DNA of 64,000 nucleotides, from contig CAIIXF020000001.1 in NCBI GenBank assembly GCA_903813345.2, positions 30,442,001-30,506,000 of the forward strand, given 5' to 3'. The translations under genes were made by a program, and so were the position numbers. Under the pieces are notes generated by a model. It was not told where the DNA came from and did no database searches. It saw only the letters and a program-made list of their open reading frames with translations. Shown here in pieces: positions 63,731 to 64,000 of this stretch (its first letter is position 1; each line of letters starts with the position of its first letter). The stretch comes from Owenia fusiformis (lineage: Eukaryota).

Positions 63731-64000
63731 AAAAAATATTTGAGTTATCAAAGAAATGAAAAATGGCGGCCATTTTGAGATTCAGCCGCCATCTTGAAAA
63801 TTCTTTCTTGAACAAATCTACTTTTTCCCTAGGCATCATCATATAAAGGAACATGTAGGTTATCGCAAACAATTTCAAATGATTCTAACTTGAATTATGA
63901 ATATTTTCTGATCATGAACATGGGTGTATCCTTTAGATCCATTCATTATCTTCAAGAAAAGTATATATAATGATAATTTAGTTAATCAGACCTAAGTGAT

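Overview
AT-rich eukaryotic (animal, probably marine invertebrate) genomic DNA with no prokaryotic-type genes. Almost all ORF-track entries are spurious or transposon debris. The one host gene I can support is on the minus strand: four small exons (24663-24762, 13610-13668, 11434-11512, 311-376) splice in phase to a 101-aa coiled coil of the SYCP2/SYCP3 meiotic-axis family, most likely the C-terminus of a SYCP2-like protein. The last exon lies left of the window and no further upstream exon was confidently found in 24.8-64 kb. The rest is a dense, deeply nested collection of mobile elements: decayed and fold-back Tc1/mariner elements, TTAA-flanked (Kolobok-type) MITEs, GG..CC elements with 9-10 bp TSDs, a composite hAT-like element with 6-bp TSDs (two copies), about eleven Helentron-type non-autonomous elements (HINEs) carrying microsatellites and satellite arrays, 3' fragments of L2/CR1-type LINEs, and a Penelope-like fragment with a hammerhead-ribozyme motif. 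The more unusual items are a 4.7-kb CAC..GTG element with ~1.2-kb TIRs and an Academ-like ORF relic, a second CAC..GTG element with a 5-bp TSD, a 501-bp TIR element flanked by a 15-bp direct repeat, and a 162-bp satellite with dimeric higher-order structure. All family assignments come from reading motifs by eye and from recalled reference sequences; no searches were run.
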